From NCBI GenBank assembly GCA_036170915.1, contig JAVHQC010000033.1:192001-256000 (forward strand): a stretch of DNA of 64,000 nt, read 5' to 3'. The notes under the pieces were generated by a model that was not told where the DNA came from, ran no database searches, and saw only the letters and a program-made list of their open reading frames with translations. Positions within the stretch are counted from its first letter, which is position 1; every line of letters begins with the position of its first letter. Made by a program: the position numbers and the translations under genes. This stretch comes from Cyanobacteria bacterium auto_48_18 (GTDB taxonomy: Bacteria; Cyanobacteriota; Vampirovibrionia; Obscuribacterales; Obscuribacteraceae). Shown here in pieces: positions 45,867 through 55,735 of the stretch.

Positions 45867-46006
45867 ATGCCGAACTCCGTTAAAACAATAAGTAGCGACA
45901 CCCACATAACAAAACTGGCTAATACAAACAAGTAGGCACCCTTCCAAGTTTTAGGAAATGGCAATCCGGTGCTTTCTGTTTCTTCTATTTCTTCCAATTC
46001 ATTCAC
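45863..46006 (-). CDS. 47-aa single-TM protein, probable SSS accessory subunit (not in ORF track)
   Basis: GTG 46006 overlaps the upstream stop (GTGA). Translates MNELEEIEETESTGLPFPKTWKGAYLFVLASFVMWVSLLIVLTEFGI, and its stop overlaps the symporter ATG (ATGA). Confidence 0.7.
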   Translation of the reverse strand: MNELEEIEETESTGLPFPKTWKGAYLFVLASFVMWVSLLIVLTEFGI

Positions 46007-48552
46007 TTGCCCATAGCAATCATGTTTGCCAGCAGTCTGTATGCGCCTGGTACGCCGGCGGGCAATTGACGGAAAAATGACAGGCCCGTATAGATGTAGT
46101 GCCCTTTGCCATACTGAGCTACAAGCAGTCCGCCCTTGAGGGGAGCTTCGCCTCTATCATTGCAAGCGATCAGGGGAGTAAACTGCGGGTCCCATTGATT
46201 GGCAAAATAAAGGCCTCGCTCTTGTACCCAACCGTCAAAGTCAGCGGCGGTGAGTTTGTTAGGAGTATTCAAAAGTGGATTTTCGGGGGCAAGAAACGTG
46301 ATTTCTGCTTTTTTATCTGTGACTCGTCCGCTGGAAATATGCAGATCATATGGAGCAATCTTTTCAGTCACCAACTTGTCAGGACGATTATATTGAGTAA
46401 TCACCGTGCCACCATTTTTGATGTATTCAAAAATTGCGGGCAAATCGGCAGCGATGCTTTTGCTAACGTTAAAGGCTCTGACACCAATAATAATGGCGTC
46501 GTATTTTTGCAATTGCTCTAGTGTAAGTTTGCTATCGTCCAGTACAGTGACGGTGTATCCCATCTGCTGAAGATTTTGAGTCAGGCTGTCTCCGGCACCT
46601 GGAATATAACCAATGGTCTTACCGCGAGTCTCAAGATCAATACTTACGGCCTGCATCACCGCTGGTGCTTGCATTAGTTGCCTTGGAATATGCAAATAGT
46701 TGATTTCTTCTCGTTTACTGCTGTATTGCACACCATTTATTTCTGCGACAGCCGCTATCTTGGCTGTTGAAGCCTGTGGTGGGGCCGTGATACTAAATTT
46801 GTAATGCTCGCGTTGTCCGGCGCTGCTTAAATTGATTTTGTGGGTGGCTGGAGTAATTTTCCAGTCGCCAGGGCCTTGCAAACTTAGAGTGCCGCTTGAG
46901 CCACCACGCGCTGCTGTCACTTCCACTTCGACCGTTTTTGTGGTGCCAGGGGTGAATACCATGGTCTCGAAGTTGAAATGTACAAAAACCGGCGAAATGA
47001 CATCAATGGGGCGCTTAGATACCTCACCGCTTTCATTTTTTGAGATTGTCACCGGTTGGTCATGAACTATAAGAGTTTGCCCGTTAACTTCAAAGATTTC
47101 TTCAATAGGAAAAGATGGCGCATTCTCAGCAGTTCCGATCAGGTCAGGATTTTCTGCTGCAAATAATCCGGCAGTTCCTTCTAAGCGCAGCCACCACGGC
47201 TGAGCCAAAAGTGTAGACGCCGGGACCGTCACTTCGGTATCCCAGCTGGCCTCTTTCGCTGAATCAACGATGAGCTGTTTGTTAACTTCTTTATCTAGGG
47301 CTGGATAGCGTACGGCAACAAGTTTGACCGTAACATCAGCACTTTTAGAATTTCGCTTTACAACGTGATGAAGCTTGACCTGCTCTCCAGGCAATACTTC
47401 GTTTTGAGAGATGGTAGTTTGAACTTCAAGTCCAAGGCATGCCTGCAGTATGCCATCGAGAAGTGCACGTTTTTCCACAAATACCGAATCTAGTTGTGAG
47501 TGAGGCAGGGCTGCTAGTTGATTTCGCATTTTCAGCAAGGCCGGCACGCTGGCAGACACATCATCAGGCTTAAAGTTGGCGATAATCTCATCTGTCGATT
47601 TTAGAACAGCGTCGCCACCGGCCACTCGCTTCCAACTGGTATCAATACCATCCATAATGTCTTGAGTAGCCGCTTCGCCATCAAGAAGCTGAAAAGATTC
47701 AGTGCGTGGGCCTGGTGCAATTGGCATTTTGAAAGTATCAAAGCCTTGCGTCTTATGCATAGCGCGACTTTCACCGGCGATGTCCACAAAGGCTTTGCCT
47801 GAGACGGCATCTATGCCACCAGATTCGATTTTTAAGATTTTGGCGGAAGTGACTTTATCTCTCTGCCATGGTGACGTGTTCCACAATATGCGCTTGGGCT
47901 GCCAGGGCTCTAGATGCAATTCAGGAAAAGCATTTTTGTCTCCTGCAAGTTTAAATGCTTCCAAAGCCAGCACCGTTGAGGCCGTATGGTGCCCATGGGT
48001 GCCACCAGGGCTGGGTGAAAATCGCGTTATTAGGACATCAGGTTTAAATTGGCGGATGATACGCACCATGTCCGACAAAATTTCTTTTTTATTCCATGCT
48101 TCTAAAGTATCGACATAGCTTTTCGAAAAACCAAAGTCGATGGCGCGAGAGAAAAATTGCTGTGCACCGTCAATGTGTCTTGCCGCCAATAGTTCTTGCG
48201 TGCGTGCGATGCCCAGCTTTGCGCCGAGGTCGGGGCCAAGGACGTTTTGACCACCATCACCTCGTGTCAGTGAAAGATAGGCAGTGCGGTAATTGCGACC
48301 GCGCGATAAATAAGTAAGCAATTCGGTATTTTCATCATCTGGGTGGGCCGCAATATAAAGCGCGCTGCCCATCTGACGAAAACTTTTGAGGTTTTGAAGG
48401 ATAACTGCAGGAGTTTCTTGTTTCATTTCAGTTCCCAGAACCGCACTGCCGAAAAAAGACGCCGCGCAAACAAACGCACAGCTTAATGCGCAAGCTATTG
48501 CACGGCGCCATTTTCTCGATAGTTGCCAATTGAAATGGTCGGCACCAATCAT
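46003..48552 (-). CDS. Large secreted PIG-L/LmbE-family deacetylase with Ig-like and GATase-like C-terminal domains
   Basis: Signal peptide, AAHPDDENT, LTRGDGGQN, RTQELLAAR, DFGFSK, HGHHTAS, and C-terminal WVQERGLY, FFRQLPAGVPGAYRL. Confidence 0.85.
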   Translation of the reverse strand: MIGADHFNWQLSRKWRRAIACALSCAFVCAASFFGSAVLGTEMKQETPAVILQNLKSFRQMGSALYIAAHPDDENTELLTYLSRGRNYRTAYLSLTRGDGGQNVLGPDLGAKLGIARTQELLAARHIDGAQQFFSRAIDFGFSKSYVDTLEAWNKKEILSDMVRIIRQFKPDVLITRFSPSPGGTHGHHTASTVLALEAFKLAGDKNAFPELHLEPWQPKRILWNTSPWQRDKVTSAKILKIESGGIDAVSGKAFVDIAGESRAMHKTQGFDTFKMPIAPGPRTESFQLLDGEAATQDIMDGIDTSWKRVAGGDAVLKSTDEIIANFKPDDVSASVPALLKMRNQLAALPHSQLDSVFVEKRALLDGILQACLGLEVQTTISQNEVLPGEQVKLHHVVKRNSKSADVTVKLVAVRYPALDKEVNKQLIVDSAKEASWDTEVTVPASTLLAQPWWLRLEGTAGLFAAENPDLIGTAENAPSFPIEEIFEVNGQTLIVHDQPVTISKNESGEVSKRPIDVISPVFVHFNFETMVFTPGTTKTVEVEVTAARGGSSGTLSLQGPGDWKITPATHKINLSSAGQREHYKFSITAPPQASTAKIAAVAEINGVQYSSKREEINYLHIPRQLMQAPAVMQAVSIDLETRGKTIGYIPGAGDSLTQNLQQMGYTVTVLDDSKLTLEQLQKYDAIIIGVRAFNVSKSIAADLPAIFEYIKNGGTVITQYNRPDKLVTEKIAPYDLHISSGRVTDKKAEITFLAPENPLLNTPNKLTAADFDGWVQERGLYFANQWDPQFTPLIACNDRGEAPLKGGLLVAQYGKGHYIYTGLSFFRQLPAGVPGAYRLLANMIAMGK

Positions 48553-48564
48553 TTTTAATTTACT

Positions 48565-49434
48565 TTATTTCAGTGTAGACATGAGCTCGGCATTCAATCT
48601 TACGTAAGCAGCGTCGTTGGCTTTCTCAGCTAATTCGGTTGAATGTTTCGAAGCTTCGATGGCACCAGCTTTATCACCCAGCTTGGCTAGAATTTGGGCT
48701 TTAACATAAACCATATAGAAGGCGTCGCGCTCTGCCACAGCAGCGTCAATCCATTTTTTTGCTTGCTGCAAATCTTTGCCATGAGCATAGTAGAACTGAG
48801 CTGCCTGGAAGTATGGCTTTTCTTTCGCATCAGATGCCATTACGGTTTCAATTTGCGAAAGTAATTTGTCGGCGAAATCAACTTCCAATTTGATTGGCAC
48901 TGTTGTTTTGTCCCATGACAAATTTAAGAGTGATGAATTTTCGCGAATGTCATTGAATTCAATTGTGAATGTTTCAAGTGCCTGAGTCACTTTCACTGGC
49001 TTGGCTTTAAAGCGGATGATGTCTGACTTTTCATCATACTTATAAGCTCCCCATTGTTCAGCGCCTTTGTTGATAATGATGGTCCATTCGTCTTTGCCTG
49101 GAATAGTCATCAATGCATAAGTTCCAGCAGCAATATCATTGCCGTTTAACTTAACGGGAGTGCTGAAAATCACTTTAGTCGCTTGGTTGGCACCAGTGCG
49201 CCAGACTTTATCAAAAGGCACAACGCCGCCGAAAATGTCACGACCTTTTGCGCTTGGTCGCGAATACGAAATTTCAATATCGGTCAGCCCGACTCGTTGC
49301 TTGATTGTGCAAGCGGGGCTAGGAGCTGGAAATTGAAGCTTTTGTTCAGCAGCAGGTTGCGCCATCACTGTGGAACCGAATAGCATTGCGCAGCCGGTGG
49401 CGGCTATTGAAAGAGCGATTGTTTTGGAATTCAT
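48565..49434 (-). CDS. DUF2911-domain secreted protein with C-terminal TPR
   Basis: SPACTIKQRVGLTDIEISYSRPSAKGRDIFGGVVPFDKVWRTGAN. Confidence 0.82.
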   Translation of the reverse strand: MNSKTIALSIAATGCAMLFGSTVMAQPAAEQKLQFPAPSPACTIKQRVGLTDIEISYSRPSAKGRDIFGGVVPFDKVWRTGANQATKVIFSTPVKLNGNDIAAGTYALMTIPGKDEWTIIINKGAEQWGAYKYDEKSDIIRFKAKPVKVTQALETFTIEFNDIRENSSLLNLSWDKTTVPIKLEVDFADKLLSQIETVMASDAKEKPYFQAAQFYYAHGKDLQQAKKWIDAAVAERDAFYMVYVKAQILAKLGDKAGAIEASKHSTELAEKANDAAYVRLNAELMSTLK

Positions 49435-49476
49435 CTGGTTATCCTGGGTTGGGGTCTACTTAGTACATAGTTGTAC

Positions 49477-49980
49477 TTACTTGTTTTTTGCTTCTAAAAA
49501 TTTGCGACGCTTGTTTTCACGTTCTGCTTGCAGCGCGGGGCTAATTGAACATTCAGTATTCTCGAAAGAGAAAATCTCGCCGGACGGGATATTCCAATTT
49601 TGGTCAATGATCTCTCCCGTTTTTTTATACTTTAGTTCAGCTGCCACTTCTTTTCCTGCGCACGATGAATCCCACTTCAGGGCCCAGGTTCTAAATGCCA
49701 GTAAGACGGCATCAAGCTCTTTGCCTTTTTCTGTGGCGTGGTATTCATAGCGGTCAGGGCGGGTGCTGTAGCGTCGTCGTTCGATAATTCCGTCTTCTTC
49801 AAGTTGTTTTAGTCTGCTAGAAAGGCAGTTTGATGCCATGCCTGTCTGCGCTTGAATTTCTTCGAAGCGTCGCACACCCATGGCCAGCTCTCGCATAATC
49901 AGCAAGGCCCAGCGGTCACCAACTGCACAAAGTGCTCGTGCAATCGGGCAAATACTGTCAAAATTATCGTCCCAGCCCAC
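49477..49980 (-). CDS. HxlR (MarR/DUF24) family transcriptional regulator
   Basis: CPIARALCAVGDRWALLIMRE...RRFEE...LSSRLKQLEEDGII...YEYHATEKG. Confidence 0.9.
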   Translation of the reverse strand: MGWDDNFDSICPIARALCAVGDRWALLIMRELAMGVRRFEEIQAQTGMASNCLSSRLKQLEEDGIIERRRYSTRPDRYEYHATEKGKELDAVLLAFRTWALKWDSSCAGKEVAAELKYKKTGEIIDQNWNIPSGEIFSFENTECSISPALQAERENKRRKFLEAKNK

Positions 49981-50012
49981 TTGAACTCACCGACGAAGTG
50001 GAAGTCAGGACT

Positions 50013-50048
50013 ATTATACAAGTGCCTTTAGAATTTAAAGGCACTTGT
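50013..50048 (-). promoter_or_regulatory. Perfect 13-5-13 palindrome adjoining a TATAAT -10 box upstream of the HxlR gene (probable operator)
   Basis: ACAAGTGCCTTTA-GAATT-TAAAGGCACTTGT at 50018-50048, and ATTATA at 50013-50018, which is TATAAT on the minus strand. Confidence 0.65.
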
Positions 50049-50076
50049 GTAATTTTGTTGCTTTAGCTCAACAATA

Positions 50077-51096
50077 TTAGCGACCTTCTGCCACAATGCG
50101 TGCCCACACTCTATCTATTTCTTTTTGCAGTGCCGGAGATAGTTTGCTACGTTGTTCATCTAGGTACGGTTTAGCCGCGCTGCCCATAATCAAAAGGTCT
50201 TGTTCAGCCATGCGCCTGACTAAAATATCAGGGTCAAGCAACTTGGTAGATTGGCAGATGGGCCGCATGCCAGCCTGCAGATTGACTGAATGTTGAGCTG
50301 AAATCAAATTACCTTTTGCACTGAAGTGCAATTTTGCGGTAATGGCTCCACTATTTCCACCAACAGGGCGAACGGTTGAAGCGCCACTAACGGTGGTGCC
50401 GGCATTTTCATTTAAGACCTTCATGTCATCTTCAGCAATAGAAAATTGATACATGCCGTCTTGTGCCAACATCTCGGCCAGAGTGAGGTAAGCAGCAAGA
50501 GCTGCGCGGGCTTCACGATCACTTTTAACTGGGGTGATGTGCTCACGAAAATGCTTTTTCATTGCCTCTTCTGTTGTGATCAGCACCGGTTTGGCAGATG
50601 CGTCGAAAGCAAAAATATTGTTACTGCTTAATGGTTCAGGCACGTTGAAAGCCACTGGCCACTGCGGAAATTTAAGGGAGTAAAAAATTGAATCAGGGAT
50701 AGCTTGAGCGAGAGACTTATTCTCCAAAAATTGCAGGTGCGCTCTCGAGAGCATGGGCGGGCCTGCCAGGCTGCTCAAATTTTTCACGGAAAAGGCGATC
50801 GATTTACGCGGGTTAAAGTTGGATGGTAATTTCACCCTACTTATTGCGCCTACTTCAGCGGCCGAGGGGGTTCCTATGTTCAACTGATCTTTTACCGGCG
50901 CCACTCGCCCTGGTCGCGATGTTTGTGGATAAGCGACACCAGATCCGCTCGCCGCAGTGCTGCTGGAACCACTAATTCCGGTTGTCTCTTCTTTGATTTG
51001 CTCCGGTTGAGCGCTGGCGGCCTGAGAATTATAAAGTGACGAGCAAGGTGCTGTGACGATAATGAGTGCAGCGAATAACTTAAGGCATTTTTTCAT
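50077..51096 (-). CDS. Hypothetical secreted protein
   Basis: Signal peptide from ATG 51096. C-terminal RPICQSTKLLDPDILVRRMAEQDLL, a HEAT-like helix. Confidence 0.6.
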   Translation of the reverse strand: MKKCLKLFAALIIVTAPCSSLYNSQAASAQPEQIKEETTGISGSSSTAASGSGVAYPQTSRPGRVAPVKDQLNIGTPSAAEVGAISRVKLPSNFNPRKSIAFSVKNLSSLAGPPMLSRAHLQFLENKSLAQAIPDSIFYSLKFPQWPVAFNVPEPLSSNNIFAFDASAKPVLITTEEAMKKHFREHITPVKSDREARAALAAYLTLAEMLAQDGMYQFSIAEDDMKVLNENAGTTVSGASTVRPVGGNSGAITAKLHFSAKGNLISAQHSVNLQAGMRPICQSTKLLDPDILVRRMAEQDLLIMGSAAKPYLDEQRSKLSPALQKEIDRVWARIVAEGR

Positions 51097-51136
51097 AGAT
51101 AAATTGCCGTCTCTAGGGAGATAGCATTTTATCAAA

Positions 51137-52372
51137 TCAGCCGCTAAACGCTAGAGCCTTAAGTGAAGGTATTCTTCTGCCATCAGCCCATTGCAGTTTT
51201 TCTAATACTTTGGTTAGGCCGTCGCCGCTCCAAGACCAGTGGTGCAGCACAATCATTGCTTGTTCTGCAGTAAGAAATCCTTCTCTGGTCAAAAGCAAAC
51301 ATCGCTTGCTGGCGTCCAGGGCTGAATGGTTGATGATACCTGTTTTCAGCAACCTTTCTTCAAGGGCATCGCGATCATCTTCTTGATGAGTAGGAAGGTG
51401 TCCAAGTCTTCTGATATCGTAGGCGGTGACTAGCCCAGAAAGCCGCAGCAAATGATAAAGAGTGATGTTGCCATCATATGGGTCAGCTTCGCGCATCATT
51501 TCTTTTAGCGCTTTAGATAGCGAAACATTTTTTGCAAATATAAGCTTAAGTGCGCGTGCGGCTCTATCTGGTGTTAGCTCATGCTTGGCAGTCATAGTTT
51601 GCAGGCGCACAGCCGACGCAATTAGTGCAGCGCTGAACATGCCGCTTTCGACAATGTATTGACCAAGTGTCTGCGCCATGCCCTCTTTTTCTTGTTTAGC
51701 ATAAAAGACTTTCAGATCGTTATCCATTAACAGACCAGAGAGCAATAACAGTTCATCTAAGCGCAAGTAAGGCTCCGGGGAATTAAGCAGAGCAATGTCA
51801 CAGCTTGAGTTTGTGGTTAACGTCAAGCTTGTTGCTGAGTTGAGTGCAGCTATCGCTTCGCTTCTTTCAGTTCGGCCACACCTGATTAAGGATTGCGCAC
51901 TCAGGGCGGCACCTAACAAACTAGGAGATAGCAAGCCCTGAAGTACAAGCACTCTATTTAGTGGCAGGCCCACATGTCTGCTGAGACCGTGAGCATCGTC
52001 AATACTTTTCTGGGTAAGAATACCCGCTTCAATTAAGATTGTGCCAAGGTTGTCCTGATCGCGATTAACGTCGCCTTCCCAGCCCAGTTCTTGCAAAGCC
52101 GTTGCTAACGAAGTTTTGCTACCGGCAACCCTTTGTAATGCTCTGATGGCTACGTCGTACGCAAGCACATTTTGCCGAATCAGATTCTGCAATGTCAGTG
52201 CCGCTTCCATGGTTTTTTGACGGCAGAGGCCCATCATCACCAGCACGCGTCCGGTTGGCAAACTATTTTTGTGGGCGATGCATAGAACCTGACACAGTTG
52301 CTCAATTTTAAGCAAACCTGCTTTGTAAAACAGCTCGCCCAACAATGCCCTGTTATCAATGCCTGCTGTCAT
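51137..52372 (-). CDS. Tandem MshEN-like (LGxxLxxAGL/I) repeat protein
   Basis: Repeats LLGELFYKAGLL, NLGTILIEAGIL, RLDELLLLSGLL, TLGQYIVESGMF, TLYHLLRLSGLV. Start moved to ATG 52372. Confidence 0.6.
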   Translation of the reverse strand: MTAGIDNRALLGELFYKAGLLKIEQLCQVLCIAHKNSLPTGRVLVMMGLCRQKTMEAALTLQNLIRQNVLAYDVAIRALQRVAGSKTSLATALQELGWEGDVNRDQDNLGTILIEAGILTQKSIDDAHGLSRHVGLPLNRVLVLQGLLSPSLLGAALSAQSLIRCGRTERSEAIAALNSATSLTLTTNSSCDIALLNSPEPYLRLDELLLLSGLLMDNDLKVFYAKQEKEGMAQTLGQYIVESGMFSAALIASAVRLQTMTAKHELTPDRAARALKLIFAKNVSLSKALKEMMREADPYDGNITLYHLLRLSGLVTAYDIRRLGHLPTHQEDDRDALEERLLKTGIINHSALDASKRCLLLTREGFLTAEQAMIVLHHWSWSGDGLTKVLEKLQWADGRRIPSLKALAFSG

Positions 52373-52580
52373 AGTTCGTGAGTTTCCGAAAGTGAAGGTG
52401 AAAGTGAAAGTAGATAGGCTTGTCCAGTTAATAGAGCAGCGCTTTCCATCAAGTGCCCTAGTATTCATCTTGCATGATTACCGCTCGGCAAAAGTTAGGG
52501 TATGCCTATATCTTTGTCAGGGTAAGCCCATAGATTTGGTGACCATATATAATTGAAGGCCCGCTCTGAGCAAAAAACTG

Positions 52581-54368
52581 ATGTTGTCGATGAAGTTCTC
52601 GAAGATTCTGCCTCTGGCCTTGTGCGTATCGTTTTCCGCCGTGTTTACTCCATCTTGCCTGGCAGATCAGATTGATGCTATGGACGTCACAGTGGAAGCG
52701 GCTAAAGATAGTTCACTCCATGTAGTCGAGAAAATTTCCGCTAATTTTTCTCAACCCAGGCATGGCATTTTTCGTATCATGCCCGTTAAATACTCGCGCT
52801 ATGGAGCTGACTATACGCTTGATTTTCGGCTCAATTCGGTGCAAGACGAAAATAAACAGAAGATTGCACATCAGATAAGCAAACAGGGCTCGGACGTCAA
52901 TATCAAAATCGGTTCACCTGATAAAGAGGTGCTCGGCAAGCAGACCTATGTGATCGATTATAATTTGCATCGTGCTTTTAATTTTTTTCAAAACAAGCCA
53001 GAAATTTACTGGAACGTCACAGGCGACCAGTGGCCCTATGATATTAAAGAGGCCAGCCTGACTCTCAAACTGCCAGAGGGGGTCAGTGCAGGCGACGTTC
53101 GCACTCAGTCTTTTCTTGGTCAGCGTGGTACCGATAGTAGTGCCGGCATGGTCGAGAGAAAAGAAGGAAACGAGCTCTTCTTCCAGGCGTTTGAAATTAA
53201 GCCAGGCAACGGTATGACAGTGGTGGTAGGTTTGCCTGAAGGTTCAGTGTTGCCACCTGCGGTGGGCCTTCAAATTGGCTGGTTTCTAGTTGACTGGTGG
53301 CCTGCTATTTTGATTCCGGCATTCGCCTTTGGAGGGCTTTACGCCACGTGGCGACATCTTGGTAGTGATGAAGAACCAACTGGTGCTATTGGAGTAGATT
53401 GGCAGCCACCCAAAGAGTTGTCGCCGGCAGAAATGGGAGTAATTGTTGACGAGCGTGCTGATCTTAACGACATAATTTCAATAATTGTAGATATGGCAGC
53501 TCGCGGCTATCTACAAATTATCGAAATCGACAAACCTGGCTTCTGGGGCTCGTCTAAAGATTATCAACTGCGACGTACTTTTTCGTATAACGGTCGTCAA
53601 ACTTTCACCAGATCAATTGATGATTTTGATATCAAGCTTTTTGAGCGTCAAATGCTGCAATCGATTTTTCAATCTGGCAGCGGCGGTTGGCGCGATGATG
53701 TCACTCTTTCTGAGCTTACGCAGACTTCAGTCATCGATCTCGACCTGATAAAACAACAGCTCTATGGCACCATGGCTGAGAACGGTTGGTTTAAAGCCAA
53801 TCCTGAAGCCGTGCGCATCACATATAGATCTATTGGTGGGGCGCTTGTGGTGGTGCCTTTCTTTCTAGTCTTGACCACTAACCTGGGCGGAGTGCCCTTA
53901 GTTCTTGGTACTCTGTTTTCAGGCATATTGTTTTTCTTTTTTGCTGGTGCCATGCCTGCCCGTACATTAGCGGGTGTGCGTTTGCGACGGCAATCGCTGG
54001 CCTTTGCGCGCTTCGTTGATAAGGCCGAAAGACAACGAATTAAAGTCATGGCTGATAAAGATCCCACGATTTTTGGTCGCCTGCTTCCTTATGCACTAGT
54101 TCTGGGAGCCGCGGATCGCTGGGCCAATGCATTTGAGGGTATTGCTGTCACTGCGCCGTCATGGTACGTCAGTTCAGATCCTAGTTACATGTTCAATCCG
54201 CACACATTCGTGCACGATATAGGCTCGGGCGTCGACTCTATGGGCACAGCTATAAAAACGTCTCACCAGGCATCTCAACAGACTTCTTCTGCGGGGTCAG
54301 GGGGTAGTGGTTTTTCTGGTGGTTCGAGCGGGGGTGGTTTTGGTGGGGGAGGTGGTGGGTCCTGGTAA
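52581..54368 (+). CDS. DUF2207-family membrane protein
   Basis: Signal peptide, HGIFR, YWNVTG, PPKELSPAEMG, LLPYALVLG, and a C-terminal GGSSGGGFGGGGGGSW. Confidence 0.88.
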   Translation: MLSMKFSKILPLALCVSFSAVFTPSCLADQIDAMDVTVEAAKDSSLHVVEKISANFSQPRHGIFRIMPVKYSRYGADYTLDFRLNSVQDENKQKIAHQISKQGSDVNIKIGSPDKEVLGKQTYVIDYNLHRAFNFFQNKPEIYWNVTGDQWPYDIKEASLTLKLPEGVSAGDVRTQSFLGQRGTDSSAGMVERKEGNELFFQAFEIKPGNGMTVVVGLPEGSVLPPAVGLQIGWFLVDWWPAILIPAFAFGGLYATWRHLGSDEEPTGAIGVDWQPPKELSPAEMGVIVDERADLNDIISIIVDMAARGYLQIIEIDKPGFWGSSKDYQLRRTFSYNGRQTFTRSIDDFDIKLFERQMLQSIFQSGSGGWRDDVTLSELTQTSVIDLDLIKQQLYGTMAENGWFKANPEAVRITYRSIGGALVVVPFFLVLTTNLGGVPLVLGTLFSGILFFFFAGAMPARTLAGVRLRRQSLAFARFVDKAERQRIKVMADKDPTIFGRLLPYALVLGAADRWANAFEGIAVTAPSWYVSSDPSYMFNPHTFVHDIGSGVDSMGTAIKTSHQASQQTSSAGSGGSGFSGGSSGGGFGGGGGGSW

Positions 54369-54684
54369 GACCAAGCACCACATGGTGAAGTTAGAAGTTT
54401 TTGGTTGCAAATGGAAACATTTTGCCGCCGCCGGTTGTCTAAGTTATTCTGTGGCCGAACTGAAGGCTACGTTGGGTTGACGGTTTTGGACCTTTGCCCG
54501 GCTACTTCGTTTGTTTATGGTAAGAAATGGCCAGATTTTTCACTGTCAAGTGGCATAAAATCACTAGAATGTGGAAAATGGGCTATTAGTAAGAAGGTTG
54601 TTAGCCGCCTCGCCGTCTGATAAAACCGACAATTCGCTGGCTTCTAAGTTAAGGATCGATATTGAAATGAAGAAGAGAACCTCA

Positions 54685-55710
54685 ATGTTTAAAAACAAGG
54701 CTCTAATTGCCCCTGGTCTGTCTCTATTGATGACAGCAAGCTTAGGTCTAGCTAGTTTTAGCCCGGCCCTTGCGCTAGAAAATTTAGACGACGTGGGTCT
54801 GTTCAATTCAATTACGGTCACTCGCAACGCCAGAGAAGCGGCTAAACAAGCTAAATCCAGTCAGTGGGAAGCGGCCCTGCGGGCCTACCGTCAGGCCATC
54901 GCTAATGCTTCCAATTCGCCAGAAAGCAAAGACCTTTTTTATGGTCTTTATAATGCGGCGCAAAAGTCAAACGACTGGAATACCGCCGGACAGGCCCTTG
55001 ATACGATTTTTGAGAATGATCCCACAGCCAAAGCTCACCTTTTGGCAGAGTATGGTCAGGTGCTGACTAATCAAAACCGTTTTGACGAAGCTATTCCAGT
55101 ATTGAAGAAGGCCCTCGCCACTGCCGACACTGATCAGAATTTTCTGCCCACTAAGTTGCGCGAATTGATGATTAAAACCGAAACAGTTAAAGAAGTTCCA
55201 AAGCGCGAACTGACCCAAGAAGAAAAGGATCGCATGATTGCTGAAGTGACACCACGAAAAATTGAGCACCGCGAAACGGTGCGTGGTGAAGACGTAAACG
55301 TGCAGCATTCAGCCAACGCCAAGTCATTTGAAAACGCTTACAGCTATTGCGAATTTATTGGTATCTGCGTCTACGAAGGATATGAAAAATCGCCTGACAT
55401 AACATTTTTCCACCCGCCAATCGCCAACTTCAAAATTGAGAAAATCTTGAAGGGACCGAAATTGAACAGAACGTTCCCAGTTCGTTTCGAATTCCATGAT
55501 AAGACAGCCAAAGATAGGCCTAAAGATTGGAAATTCTCAGAAGACATGATGCCGAAGAAAGGCTCACGTTGGCTACTATTCACCGATGCTGCCATTCCGA
55601 CTAATGGTGCCTTTGAAACATTCCGCGGTAACTTTGGCCGCATGGAAGCAACCGATGAAAATCTGGATCAAATTTACAGAGTTATCGAATTGCACCGTGG
55701 TCAACAATAA
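54685..55710 (+). CDS. Secreted TPR protein (paralog A)
   Basis: Signal peptide, TPR helices and a C-terminal beta domain. Strongly similar to 56476-57480. Start uncertain (54667 or 54685). Confidence 0.7.
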   Translation: MFKNKALIAPGLSLLMTASLGLASFSPALALENLDDVGLFNSITVTRNAREAAKQAKSSQWEAALRAYRQAIANASNSPESKDLFYGLYNAAQKSNDWNTAGQALDTIFENDPTAKAHLLAEYGQVLTNQNRFDEAIPVLKKALATADTDQNFLPTKLRELMIKTETVKEVPKRELTQEEKDRMIAEVTPRKIEHRETVRGEDVNVQHSANAKSFENAYSYCEFIGICVYEGYEKSPDITFFHPPIANFKIEKILKGPKLNRTFPVRFEFHDKTAKDRPKDWKFSEDMMPKKGSRWLLFTDAAIPTNGAFETFRGNFGRMEATDENLDQIYRVIELHRGQQ

Positions 55711-55735
55711 TTTGAGCTTGAAAGGGGTTTTGAAA

